Assembly (NCBI GenBank): GCA_020184695.1
Contig: JAANOX010000079.1
Span: 87,422 to 151,421, forward strand
Direction of reading: 5' to 3'
Source: Histomonas meleagridis 2922-C6/04-290x
Taxonomy: Eukaryota; Protista; Parabasalia
Length of the DNA stretch: 64,000 nucleotides
Made by a program: the position numbers and the translations under genes. The notes beneath the pieces are model-generated. The model made no database searches. It saw only the letters and a program-made list of their open reading frames with translations, and was not told where the DNA came from. Below are positions 1 to 10,485 of the stretch, piece after piece (positions within the stretch are counted from its first letter, which is position 1; each line of letters opens with the position of its first letter).

Positions 1-192
1 CTGCCTTTGGGTGGCAGAAAGATAATAAAGTTTTAATGAATAACGAAAATTTAAGTATTCCAAATAAAATTAAATATGTGAATGGATTTCATCATGAAGT
101 TCATTCTATGTTTTTATTTATGATAATTTTATATAAAAATTCATATCACATGTCCATTAAAATTTTTTCAAGTGTTATTTAATAGCATTGGA

Positions 193-1873
193 ATGAGCAC
201 ATCAAAGATAAATTCCTTTCCAGACTTAATCGCACTTACAGAAATAATTTATAACATTAATATAAACAATCTTGATACATCTGTTTCTTCATTACGCAAA
301 TTTTATGATAATTCACGAACGTATTCATTCAACTTGATCATCTGCCGTTTCATTTACACTTTGTTTGTAACAAGACTGAAAAATATAAATATAATTATTG
401 AGTTTTTGAATTTAATTGAACGAGATGAAAATAAAAATCAAGTTAAAATAATTGACATCTTTTCTCAATTCCTTCTGAAAAATAACTCACAAGAATCTAA
501 TTATCTTATCGGAAAGTTGATAGAAAAAGGTTTAATTAACTCATCGATTACTATAAATATGAAAAATTTATATTTTTCACATTTTAAAGCACATTTCGTT
601 TTAAACTATCGTTATCAATTTTCTGAATATTTCTCCAAAAACCTTGAAAAACTTAAAGCGAATAATTGGGAACTTCATCAGAAATATGTTAAAGAAGGAA
701 TAAACAGAATGAAATTGCGAAAATAATTCGGAATGATGAAATAGAAAAACTTCAAGAAATATCATCAGAAGCAAACTTCGATTTTAATCAAACAATTCCA
801 AAATCACTTTATGAAAGATATTCATTTGTTAATCATAAAGATGTTACATTAATTGATTATGCAGCATTTTTTTCTTCAATTAAATGTTTTAAATATTTAC
901 TTATGAATGGAGCAAAATTAGATAATACAGGTAAATATGCAGTTGCAGGTGGAAATGAAGAAATAATTCATTTATGTGAACAAAATCATTCAACATTTAA
1001 AGATGCATATGAAGCAGCAATTCAATTTCATCGAAATGATATCTTTAAATATTTTTATGATAATAAGTTAAAAGAAATTAAGAATTTAGAAGAATTAGGA
1101 GTAAAATGTGTTTTACATGATAATTATGAACTTTTATCATTTTTACTTAAAGAAGGAATGAAAATAAATGATATTATTCACTTTGCTTCAATTATAACAG
1201 GGAATTTATATATTACTCAATATTTTCTCGAAAGTAATCATATTCCTATTGATTTTTTGAAAATTTCGGGTTTTTCTGGAAATGTGGAACTTTATAACTA
1301 TTTAATTAACAATAGATACATTGATTTTAGCAAGATTGTTTGCTTATTTCATTAGATTTTTATTAAAATATTCCATCGTTTCATAAAAATTTTTAAATTT
1401 TTTTTTTAAATATGTTTAGCACTAACAAATGCTTCAAAAAAATGGTTATACAGAAATCGTTAAATTGCTTCTTCAACAAGAAGGAATTGATATTAATGCT
1501 AAAAGTATTTATTTGTTTTATTTAAAATTTATTTTAATAATTTTATATTTCAAAATAATATTTGGAAATTATTTAAATTATTTAGAACAGCACTTATGAA
1601 TGCATCTTATAATGGTTATACAGAAATAGTTAAATTACTTCTTGAACAAGAAGGAATTGATATTAATGATAAAGATATTTTTTTGTTTTATTTAAAATAT
1701 TTTGAAAAAATATGAAATTTCATATAAATATTTGGAATTACTTACAAACATATAAAACAGCGCTTATGATAGCATCAGAAAAGAAAAATGCAGAAATTAT
1801 TCGATTATTTGCAGCCAAAATTCAACATCATAAATGTGTCGACACAATAAAATTAAAAGATTCTCAAGGATAA
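193..1873 (+). CDS. DUF3447/ankyrin-repeat protein with two 1-nt indels and spacer-interrupted ankyrin tail (possibly a pseudogene)
   Basis: ORF 172-726 (ATG at 193) joins the NEIAKIIRNDEIEKLQEIS...LIDYAAFFSSIKCFKYLLMNG frame via a 1-nt deletion near 707. AIQFHRNDIFKY motif is shared with paralogs at 20.4 and 27.3 kb. Ankyrin exons ALTNASKNGYTEIVKLLLQQEGIDINAKSI (extra A in run 1436-1442), TALMNASYNGYTEIVKLLLEQEGIDINDKDI and TALMIASEKKNAEIIRLF; stop TAA 1871-1873. Confidence 0.7.
1510..1750 (+). other. Two 71-nt fixed-position spacers in ankyrin repeats (1510-1580, 1680-1750)
   Basis: Thr codons at 1587 and 1757 are 170 nt apart (99+71). TTGG ends 21 nt before each Thr codon. Confidence 0.85.
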
Positions 1874-3371
1874 AAGAGGAAATATTTAAATATTGAAATA
1901 AACATTTCCTAAATTCACTTTGTTTTCATATATTATTATTAATGCATTAAATTTGATTAATATTATTATTATATGAATCAAAATTTGATAAATAGAATAT
2001 TTTATATCATAGTTCATTGCATGCTTTTCATATAATTTGATGATAATTTTTGTGAAAAAAATGATGAAAAATTCATAACAACAAAAAATTAATTAATATT
2101 CATAGTATTATTTACTCTTAAAGTTGAATGGATATCTATTGAGTACACCTTATTATTTTTAGTCCCATAATACAAAATATTTGTATGGAATCGTACCAGC
2201 TACCCTTTTGGCCATTGATAATTTTTTTCTTCTTTCCGATCAGATTTTGAGTAAAATTTTATCGGAAACCACCTAAAAAGTGATATTTTTAACGTGCTTA
2301 TGATCATTGATCCATTTTTTTTTACTCGACTTTTTGTAAATTTTACATAACGATAGAAACGATATTGTATAGTTTATGCTTTCAAATTTTTTTCTTTAAG
2401 TGACTCTTTACGCCATATGAAATTAAATTAATAAAATTGAATAAAATAAGTGCCGTTTTGTATTATATAAAATTAAATTAATAAAATTGAATGTGATGAT
2501 CGTCGTTCCGCATCGACTAAAATTGAATTTTTTCATTTAATTAAAAAAATCACCTTGTATTATTTACAATAGAATCATGGACGGTCCAACAGCAAATCCA
2601 TATGTGTGAATTGGCCCTCATGTTTTAAATACCATTATATAACACATGAATTTGCTCCATCCACTGATAGAGTTAAATTAATGAAAAATCTCCATATTTA
2701 TATTCAAAAACTGAAGTAAAATTAGCCTTAATATATGTTTTTACTTATATCTGATCAATATGAATTTGAATAAATAAACATTCATAGATACCGGCTCATT
2801 AAACAGCGGTCTATAACCAATAATCGTCATCATTAATGATTTTCATTGATTTTTTGGTCAACTTGATTTTGTTCTATGATATAAAGATAAATTGCTTTCT
2901 CTAACTAATTCTTAACATTTCTATTTTCACTTTGTTTTTTAATTGATCATATTTTGATTAAATATATTTTATTAATTGCTTATATCTCATTTGTTTGTTT
3001 AACACACCTCCTTCACTCATTTACTGTGCTTCAATCCTCATTTTAAAATTACCATCTAATTTGTTCATATATTTCATTAAATTTTATTATTTTTGCTTTT
3101 CATTCACCCATTGTCTGAACCTCGCTTATTATTTTTTTGACTTTGTTATGCTGATCATTTTGTTCTTACACTCCGAATTCGACACATTATAATTGTTGTA
3201 TGCGGCATTCAAAAAGTTTAATTGAACGATTATTTTCCCTCAAAAAGTCATACCGATATGGGCTTTCCACTTTCCACTTTTTGAATATAATTGAATTAGA
3301 GATAGGTAAACCAATCAAATTTCGACTTTTTGAATACTTCGGCATTTTTTTCAGGTGTATTTTTTTAAGGC

Positions 3372-3926
3372 ATGGAACACTCAATCAAGATCTTACTGGT
3401 TGGAGATAAAGATAGTGGGAAAACTAGCATCACCATTTCATACGTTTCCGGACATGATGTGTTTTCTCCAACAATAGAGGATGAATTTATGAAAACTGTT
3501 GAATTTGAAGGAAATCAAGTTTCGTTAACTATTAGAGATATGGCTGGACTTGAAGATTTCAGTTCAATGGCTAAGCGCGCAATAAGTCAAAATGATGCAT
3601 TCATTTTTGTATACTCAACTCAAAAAATATCATCGTTCAATGCTATGAAAGATTATTATTATGAAGTTAAAAACATAAAATCTACTAAATTTCCATTTGT
3701 TATAGCAGCTAACACAACAGGTGATCCTGAAGCACAATTAGACGATGGTAAATTTTTTGCAGAAAAAATTGGCTGCCAGCTAGTCGAAGTGAACCTGCAC
3801 GAATGGGAAGGGGCAGCCGAAGTTTTTGAAGAACTTTTGAAAGCCTGTAAAGATTTTTCATTTGAAAAAGGGAAAAAAGGAAAATCTTCAAAAGGAAAAA
3901 AGAAAGGTGATTGCTTCATTCAGTGA
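3372..3926 (+). CDS. Divergent Ras-family small GTPase with polybasic tail and CaaX
   Basis: G1 GDKDSGKT, switch I PTIEDEF, G3 DMAGLE, degenerate G4 NTTGD, Lys-rich C-terminus ending CFIQ. Confidence 0.85.
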   Translation: MEHSIKILLVGDKDSGKTSITISYVSGHDVFSPTIEDEFMKTVEFEGNQVSLTIRDMAGLEDFSSMAKRAISQNDAFIFVYSTQKISSFNAMKDYYYEVKNIKSTKFPFVIAANTTGDPEAQLDDGKFFAEKIGCQLVEVNLHEWEGAAEVFEELLKACKDFSFEKGKKGKSSKGKKKGDCFIQ

Positions 3927-4241
3927 TTAAGCAAACCAAGCACACTTTATTGCAAAAATCAAAAATTAAATCATTTTTCCAATTTTCATTTTTTTTTATA
4001 TTCATTATAAAAACTCATTAGATTTTTATTAGTTAAGGATGTGTTAAATTTATCTGTATTATGATTAATCAAGATTAAAAGAACAAGATATGAATTAATT
4101 CATATTTTTGATCAAAAATATCGACCATTAATTGTCTTGATTAAAAAATGTTACTATCATATAAACCAAAAATTGGTAGTTTAACAAATTGAAGTTTTTT
4201 TTATTTCCAGATTTATGAATTTTTCTTTTTTGCATTGTAAC

Positions 4242-4249
4242 GACCGTTT
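4242..4249 (+). promoter_or_regulatory. M3-like (Myb-type) core promoter motif GACCGTTT
   Basis: Lies 10 nt before the ATG at 4259. The same motif occurs before other genes (7336, 22019, 29805, 29827) and resembles the Trichomonas M3 element. Confidence 0.45.
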
Positions 4250-4258
4250 ATATATCCA

Positions 4259-4846
4259 ATGTCTGTGCTATCTTTAACACAGAGCGTTCGTTCTGGAATG
4301 CAATCCGTTGAACAGATTGCAGAAACTGTACCAGTCCATCAGTTAGTAAAGTTTGCTGTTTTTTATGTGATTGGTAAATATTCTGAAAATGATATTAAAG
4401 CAAAAGCAAGAGAAGCTCAAGTATCATTTCCAACATTCATGGAAGCAATGGAATGTCTTGCGTGGACACTTTGTGAAGCTGTTCGTAATCGTTGTACAGT
4501 AGATAAGTTCCGTGAATTTATAGCAGAAATGGAGTTTCTTAATACTCCAGAAGTGTTACAAGTTTATGGGGATTCTATTGAAACAATAAGACAATGCTTA
4601 ATTCAAGTTTCACCAAATTCAGAGCATTTTATTAGCCTCGATTGGCGAGTTCAAGTTGAGTTTGCAAGAAGATCTTTGCGACAGTTCAAGCGCCCACATG
4701 TTGTTATGAATCTTAAAACAACAAGTGGAAGTACAAATCTCGAGGCCACTCCATCGATGCTTTGTCAGTTGCATGATGAGCTCGATGAAGCCCTTCAAAG
4801 CTGCCGGACAGCTCAGTTCCGTCGTGTTCAAAGGTTTGTCAAGTAA
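4259..4846 (+). CDS. COMMD2: COMM domain protein, COMMD2-like
   Basis: C-terminal COMM signature SLDWRVQVEFARRSLRQFKRPHVVMNLK; about 195 aa. Confidence 0.7.
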   Translation: MSVLSLTQSVRSGMQSVEQIAETVPVHQLVKFAVFYVIGKYSENDIKAKAREAQVSFPTFMEAMECLAWTLCEAVRNRCTVDKFREFIAEMEFLNTPEVLQVYGDSIETIRQCLIQVSPNSEHFISLDWRVQVEFARRSLRQFKRPHVVMNLKTTSGSTNLEATPSMLCQLHDELDEALQSCRTAQFRRVQRFVK

Positions 4847-5480
4847 ACCATTTATAATATTTGAATAAACTTCGATTTTTTGCATGGATAATTATTTTGC
4901 AGCAAATTTGGTTAATTACTCCAAATGTTATCTCTTTCTCTCTTTGAAGTAGTTCTCTGAGCGCTTCTTATTATAACTTATGACTCACAATTCTTCTTAA
5001 CTTCGGGTTTAACTTGTTGAATTTTTTTAATAACATATACAAAATAATTGATTCGTATCCTTCAATCGATCGAGTGCTTGCTTTGTATTTTTTTTTCATC
5101 ATACCAAAGCTATTATGAACACTGCTTTTTCATTATTTTCTTTGTTTTTTATGTGAGAAAATAGAATTTATTTTTTGTTTTGCATTAAAATTCATTTCTT
5201 TCATTAATAATAATAATAATAATAATATCCATATCAAATAAAATGTTTCATTGCTATCGATAACAAATGCATTTCTATCTTTATATCATCATGCTTGAGA
5301 TCATTCAAACAAATGCACTTGAAGTATCTACATTCATGATTGCCCAATCACATTTATTAAATCATTTTTTAAAAAAATTGAATAATCAATTTGATTAAAT
5401 AAATTGATAACTAAATTTCAAATATAAAAACGATTTATCATCAAATTGAATTGTTTAGTTACAATTTTTTAAGAGTTTAT

Positions 5481-6356
5481 TTATTTTTGTTGGCTTTTCA
5501 AGAACAAAATTGGGTCTGTGAACTGGTGAAGAACTCCTCCTCTCGTCAGGAGCGAGAACTTACCTTCTTCGTCCATAACAGGCGCTGTTATCCATGGACT
5601 TTCGGCTAGGTACTTACACCTCTTGAACTGGCCAATATCATTCTGGGTGTCAACAAGTGTCATTCCTTCATCGCATCCAACACAAACAATTTCATTCGTG
5701 TCTGTAGAGTAAAGTGATATTGTTCCGTTTTTGGTGGATGGCTTAGTGGTGATAAGAGGCGTTTTAAGCTTCCGCTGGTCAAAAATTCGTATTTTCCTGT
5801 CCTCACATGAAACAATGGCTTTGCCATTGAGGGAAAGAATTGACTTTGGAGCTGATACTAATGATCCTGATCGTGACGAAATGGCCATCTCACGTGAATC
5901 TATAACGGTTAATGAATGATCATCTGACGTAAGAAGAATGTCACTTGTAGAACTAGAAATACCTGTTATAATTCCTGGAAGTTGTATCGTATTAATCGTT
6001 TGAAAGGTGTTCAAATCAATGATACGAACTGAATGTGAGAGATCATGAGCAGCTGCTAGAAAGTTTTCAGTTGGCTCAACTGCTGAAAAAATTCCATACT
6101 TTGGATTAATTGTATTATATTGTGGGGTTTCTGAAATAAGCGACACCTCGCCTGAATTAGTTATACAATAAATCTTGTCATTTTTCTTGGTGATATCAAA
6201 TATCTCTCCATTTGCTTTAAAAATTACACCATTTTGCATAGAAATTACAGTATCACCTTCTGTATAAAGTATGTCACCCTCAATAAAAATTAACCTTTTC
6301 CTATAACAGCCAATCCTAAGAGGTGTTTGGGATAGCTTGAGAGTGGAGACAACCAT
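5481..6356 (-). CDS. WD40/beta-propeller protein
   Basis: Repeats such as HSVRIIDLNT, HSLTVIDSRE, DRKIRIFDQR. ATG at 6356. Confidence 0.7.
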   Translation of the reverse strand: MVVSTLKLSQTPLRIGCYRKRLIFIEGDILYTEGDTVISMQNGVIFKANGEIFDITKKNDKIYCITNSGEVSLISETPQYNTINPKYGIFSAVEPTENFLAAAHDLSHSVRIIDLNTFQTINTIQLPGIITGISSSTSDILLTSDDHSLTVIDSREMAISSRSGSLVSAPKSILSLNGKAIVSCEDRKIRIFDQRKLKTPLITTKPSTKNGTISLYSTDTNEIVCVGCDEGMTLVDTQNDIGQFKRCKYLAESPWITAPVMDEEGKFSLLTRGGVLHQFTDPILFLKSQQK

Positions 6357-6471
6357 TAACACTTTTTTGTAAGCAACGATAGAAGCATTTCAGACAATGA
6401 GGGGGGGGTCTGCTCTGAAAAACAGAGAACTGTCACTTTTTGTAAACAGGAAGACGTTTATTTCTAGGTGT

Positions 6472-7224
6472 ATGGAATACCAAGATTCAAAAGCAGCTGT
6501 TGATGCAATGGCTGCTCTCCAAGAACGTATTCGCGATCTAGAACATGAAAACGCTAAACTTAAGAAAGAATGCCAACATCTCTCAGAAATTTCATCAGCT
6601 AATGATTCGACAATTAAAGATCAAGAATCTTTCCTCGTTGATGCAGCAAACAAAGCTAAAGAAATGTTAGATAATGCATCTCAAAATTTAGTTGAGTTAA
6701 GAAAAGTGAAACATGAAAATCGAAAACTACAAATAACACTTGAAGAATTAAAAAAACAACGAACCCAAAAAATTGGGAAAGAAGATCAATTCAACAATGT
6801 CACTCAGAGGATGCTTCACAGGAAGCGCCAAGCAGAGAAACTAATTTCTGAATACGAAGAATTATTTTGTGAGATTTTATCCCCACCAGATTTCCAACTT
6901 GACAACAAAGGAAATGTTCCATTTAACAATACCACCTTTACATCAATTACACATTCTCTTCCAGCTACATTACAAACTGTGCTTCAGACATTGCAAACAC
7001 TCCCATTTCCATTTCGTACTCAGAAGCTCGAAAAGAAGAAAGAAATCATTGGAATATTGCTAAACGCTCGCGATATTGCATATAAAATTTCAGATGAAAT
7101 CCATCAACTTGAACTAAAAAAAATGGAAGGAGGAGCGGTACGTAGAGTTCAATCTGAAATTGATGTCAAATCTGTTCATCTTCATTTATTAGTGCAAGCA
7201 ATGTCAAAATTTAGATTTGAATAA
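6472..7224 (+). CDS. Coiled-coil protein with Cep57-like N-terminal motif
   Basis: MEYQDSKAAVDAMAALQERIRDLEHEN resembles the Cep57/translokin N-terminal coiled coil. Inr-like TCACTTTT at 6433 favours ATG 6472. Confidence 0.55.
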   Translation: MEYQDSKAAVDAMAALQERIRDLEHENAKLKKECQHLSEISSANDSTIKDQESFLVDAANKAKEMLDNASQNLVELRKVKHENRKLQITLEELKKQRTQKIGKEDQFNNVTQRMLHRKRQAEKLISEYEELFCEILSPPDFQLDNKGNVPFNNTTFTSITHSLPATLQTVLQTLQTLPFPFRTQKLEKKKEIIGILLNARDIAYKISDEIHQLELKKMEGGAVRRVQSEIDVKSVHLHLLVQAMSKFRFE

Positions 7225-7396
7225 ATCATATATTTATTTGTGGTTAAATCAAATTACTGTTTATTGTTAAGATATGATCTAAAAATTTTAAAAGGATTTT
7301 TGCATGTTTCTAGCGAATGTATTTGAATGTAAAATGACCGTTCTAATTTTGAAAAGTTTCTATTTGGCCAAATAAAGAAAAGTGACAATTTCGGCA

Positions 7397-7909
7397 ATGC
7401 ATTCCATGTACAAACGACTTTACTCAATTTTTTATATGGGAACAATTACAATTTGTATTGTTGCTGTTATAGGAGCAGTTCTTGCAGTTTTTTATTCAAT
7501 AGAAACCCCAGTATCATTTGAAGTCGCAAATATTACTGCATTCGGAAGAACAAGGCGTGGATTTGAAGAAGCCGCACTTACGTTCAATGTTGATGCTGAT
7601 TTAACTCCTTTAATGCATGTGAATACAAATTTGTTTTATTCATACATAGTTGCAGAATGGGGTGAATCCAAAACAGATCAACATAGCGTTATTCTTTGGA
7701 ATGAGCTAATCAAAAAATCAGATCCACATTTTGTTGCAAACAACATTCCTGGAAATTTCACACTTCGACAAGTCGGACCATCAATGAAAGGAAAAAGTGT
7801 TCAGTTACATTTTAAGATCCAACAAGTTCCCTATGTTGGATTCCTCAGGACAAATGTTTTAGCAACGAAAGAACTTACGTTACCAGACAAATACATTTAC
7901 TCAAATTAG
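7397..7909 (+). CDS. SPCS3: Signal peptidase complex subunit 3 (SPC22/23)
   Basis: N-terminal TM followed by LTFNVDADLTPLMHVNTNLFYSYIVAEW...VILWNELI, matching the SPC3 pattern. Confidence 0.8.
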   Translation: MHSMYKRLYSIFYMGTITICIVAVIGAVLAVFYSIETPVSFEVANITAFGRTRRGFEEAALTFNVDADLTPLMHVNTNLFYSYIVAEWGESKTDQHSVILWNELIKKSDPHFVANNIPGNFTLRQVGPSMKGKSVQLHFKIQQVPYVGFLRTNVLATKELTLPDKYIYSN

Positions 7910-8129
7910 TTTTTTGAATTTTCTTTTTTCAATAAAGATTCTTATCCTCAAACCGATGTGTTTCCACTTTTTTCTTCTAACCTTAAACATATAAAAAAAA
8001 TTTCATCAAATGCAATTTTTTGTACTGATTCATAATTTTGATTTTTAACTGAAATAAAATGTTTTGTTTCACCAAAAACGTTTTGTTTTTACTTTTTAAT
8101 ATTATAATAAAAAACAAAAAATTTTATTT

Positions 8130-9794
8130 TTATTGATCAGCTGCATTAGAAAAATTAGAGAAATTGTTTTTCTTATTTCTCTTATTTCTAATAACTAAAA
8201 CGACAATGACAACAATTACAATGACTGCAACAGGCACACAAACGGCAATTATAATTGTAATTTTATCATTTTTTTCTTTTTCTTTATTAGGGTTACATTC
8301 ATCAGTTAATTCACCTTTTAATACACTCAAGCTTCCGAATTTATTACTTGTATATGTACTTAAAGTCATTACAGTTTGTGTTGAGATAGATCTGAATGCA
8401 CTATTTGCAACTTTTGGTTCATTTACACCATAATAATAAATACATTTCAACTGATTACAATTAATAAAAGCAGTTTCATTAATCAATTCCACACCTTCAC
8501 CGATATATAAAACTGACAAGTTTGAACATGATTGAAAGGCACCCCTTTCTATCGTTTTAACGGAATTCGGAATTGTGAGGTTTACCAAAAACTTGTACCG
8601 ATAAAACGAACTTTCGCCGATAACGTTCAACGTGTTTGGCAACGTTAAATTGGTGATGTTATTTGCTAAAGGAAACTGAATTAAAGTCGTAATGTTTTTA
8701 TCATAAAGAACACCATCGTTTTGATGATTGGAATACTTTGCGTTTGCTTTAGATATGTTAATTATTTGAAGATTATAACAACAATAAAACGCAGATTTAT
8801 AAATGAGCAAAACTGATTCAGGAATATAAACAATTTTAAGGTTTTCGCAATCATTAAAGCAATAACTATTAATAGTCGTAATAGTGTTAGGGACAGTAAA
8901 TATTTCATTTGAACTTCCAGCTGGATAATGTATAATTACCGAAAGACTTTTATTGTATAATATTCCGTCATCTTCATAATTGGAATATTTCGGATTCAAT
9001 TTCGAAATGTTAATAACTTGAAGCGATTTACATTCATAAAACGCATTTTCTACAATCGATGTAACAGTACTTGGAATTGTTATCTTTAGCAATGAAGAGT
9101 ATGAAAATGCTAATTCTTGAATCGATTCAACGTTTTCTTGAATTGTAATAGTACGGAAATGTGATAATTCAAATGAACTTGCTTCAATAATTTTGACATT
9201 ACTTGGTATTATTAAGTCTTGTTGGGTCTTACAATCAAAAAATGCTGTTTCCCCAATAGTTGTTACTGTGTCTGGAATCTGGTATTTGTCATGTTTATTA
9301 ATTGGAAAACATATAATTGTGGTAATATCTTTGTTATAAAGAACTCCATCGTTATTATGGTTAGAAAAGTTTGCGTTTTCTGTGGATACTATTATGGACT
9401 CGAGTTTGTTGCAAAAGAAAAATGATCTGGGTCTAATTGTTGTAACGGATTTTGGGATATTAATAGAAGAAAAAGAGCATCCCATAAATGCGCTTCCATT
9501 GATCGTAGTTAAACTTTCTCCTAAAGTAATTTTTTCCAAATTATTACAATATTCAAACGCATTTGATCCAATTAAAATAACAGAATTGCCAATTTCAGCA
9601 GAGATTAGATGGGTCCATAGTTTAAAAGCTCGTTCTGGAATTTCAGTTATTCCTTCCTTAATAAAAACATGTTGGACTTCATACCATAAATCAATTTTGA
9701 ATTCACTTGGATTAGTGATATTAAGCGTCTTTGTCGTATTGTCGTATATTTGGAACGAGTGTGGTAAAAGAACAATAAAGAAACAAGAAATCAT
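8130..9794 (-). CDS. BspA-like TpLRR (LRR_5) type I surface protein
   Basis: TpLRR repeats (IPxSVTxIxxxAFxxC), three DGVLY/DGILY inserts, C-terminal TM and short basic tail. Confidence 0.9.
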   Translation of the reverse strand: MISCFFIVLLPHSFQIYDNTTKTLNITNPSEFKIDLWYEVQHVFIKEGITEIPERAFKLWTHLISAEIGNSVILIGSNAFEYCNNLEKITLGESLTTINGSAFMGCSFSSINIPKSVTTIRPRSFFFCNKLESIIVSTENANFSNHNNDGVLYNKDITTIICFPINKHDKYQIPDTVTTIGETAFFDCKTQQDLIIPSNVKIIEASSFELSHFRTITIQENVESIQELAFSYSSLLKITIPSTVTSIVENAFYECKSLQVINISKLNPKYSNYEDDGILYNKSLSVIIHYPAGSSNEIFTVPNTITTINSYCFNDCENLKIVYIPESVLLIYKSAFYCCYNLQIINISKANAKYSNHQNDGVLYDKNITTLIQFPLANNITNLTLPNTLNVIGESSFYRYKFLVNLTIPNSVKTIERGAFQSCSNLSVLYIGEGVELINETAFINCNQLKCIYYYGVNEPKVANSAFRSISTQTVMTLSTYTSNKFGSLSVLKGELTDECNPNKEKEKNDKITIIIAVCVPVAVIVIVVIVVLVIRNKRNKKNNFSNFSNAADQ

Positions 9795-10485
9795 TGCAAT
9801 ATTTTCAATAGGGCGATAAAATGTATTTATTCAAAATTCAATAACAAATTCAACTTCGCCGCTGGCGGCTGTACAGCCATTAAAACGAGTTGAATAGTTT
9901 ACTTACCGAAAGTGAAGTGTTATAAAGTTCATATCATACCATGAATCTGATATGGAATTGCCGTAATACATAATTCTGCCAATCGTTTAAGGATACCAAA
10001 GACTTCATCATTTAGTTCCAACGTTTCTAAACACGATCCGAAAATTATTTTGTAATAATTGACAAGTATCTCGGGAAGCATAACAGTACTTAAAATTGTT
10101 TTTGAGAATTTAAAGATGAAGCAAAATGAAGACAATTATATATATGTCATGAAAATTTACGCAAATTATATTTTTTTGATAAATTTGTATAATTCTATAA
10201 TTATAATATTATGATGTTTTCATATAACTTAATGTATTCAATGATTATTTAAAATATAAAATATTATTAAATACATATTCATACAGTTTACTCCTGAAAT
10301 GATCAAAACACGCTGATTTCCAGAACAAGCACACCCAAAGTATTTCTTATGAGTTAAGCTCACAATCGAGAATCAATGTTATAAAATATTTGACATTAAC
10401 ATGAAATGACGTCACATTTCATTATCTTTAATTATGTTTATGCGAAAATATAATAAAAAATAAAGAGTATTAAGAGGTTAAATTT

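Noticed and set aside
1505-1585. Canonical GT-AG intron (GTATTT...TTTAG) in one spacer
   Set aside because: Splicing gives AAA CAG CAC TTA TGA (out of frame, stop), and the other spacers lack GT/AG at these positions.
2995-3409. Short ORFs upstream of the Ras gene and antisense or shadow ORFs over real genes (e.g. 8164, 9382, 10493, 16310, 17567, 17642, 23954)
   Set aside because: Low-complexity by-products of AT-rich DNA or of the opposite-strand/alternate-frame CDS; no recognisable motifs.
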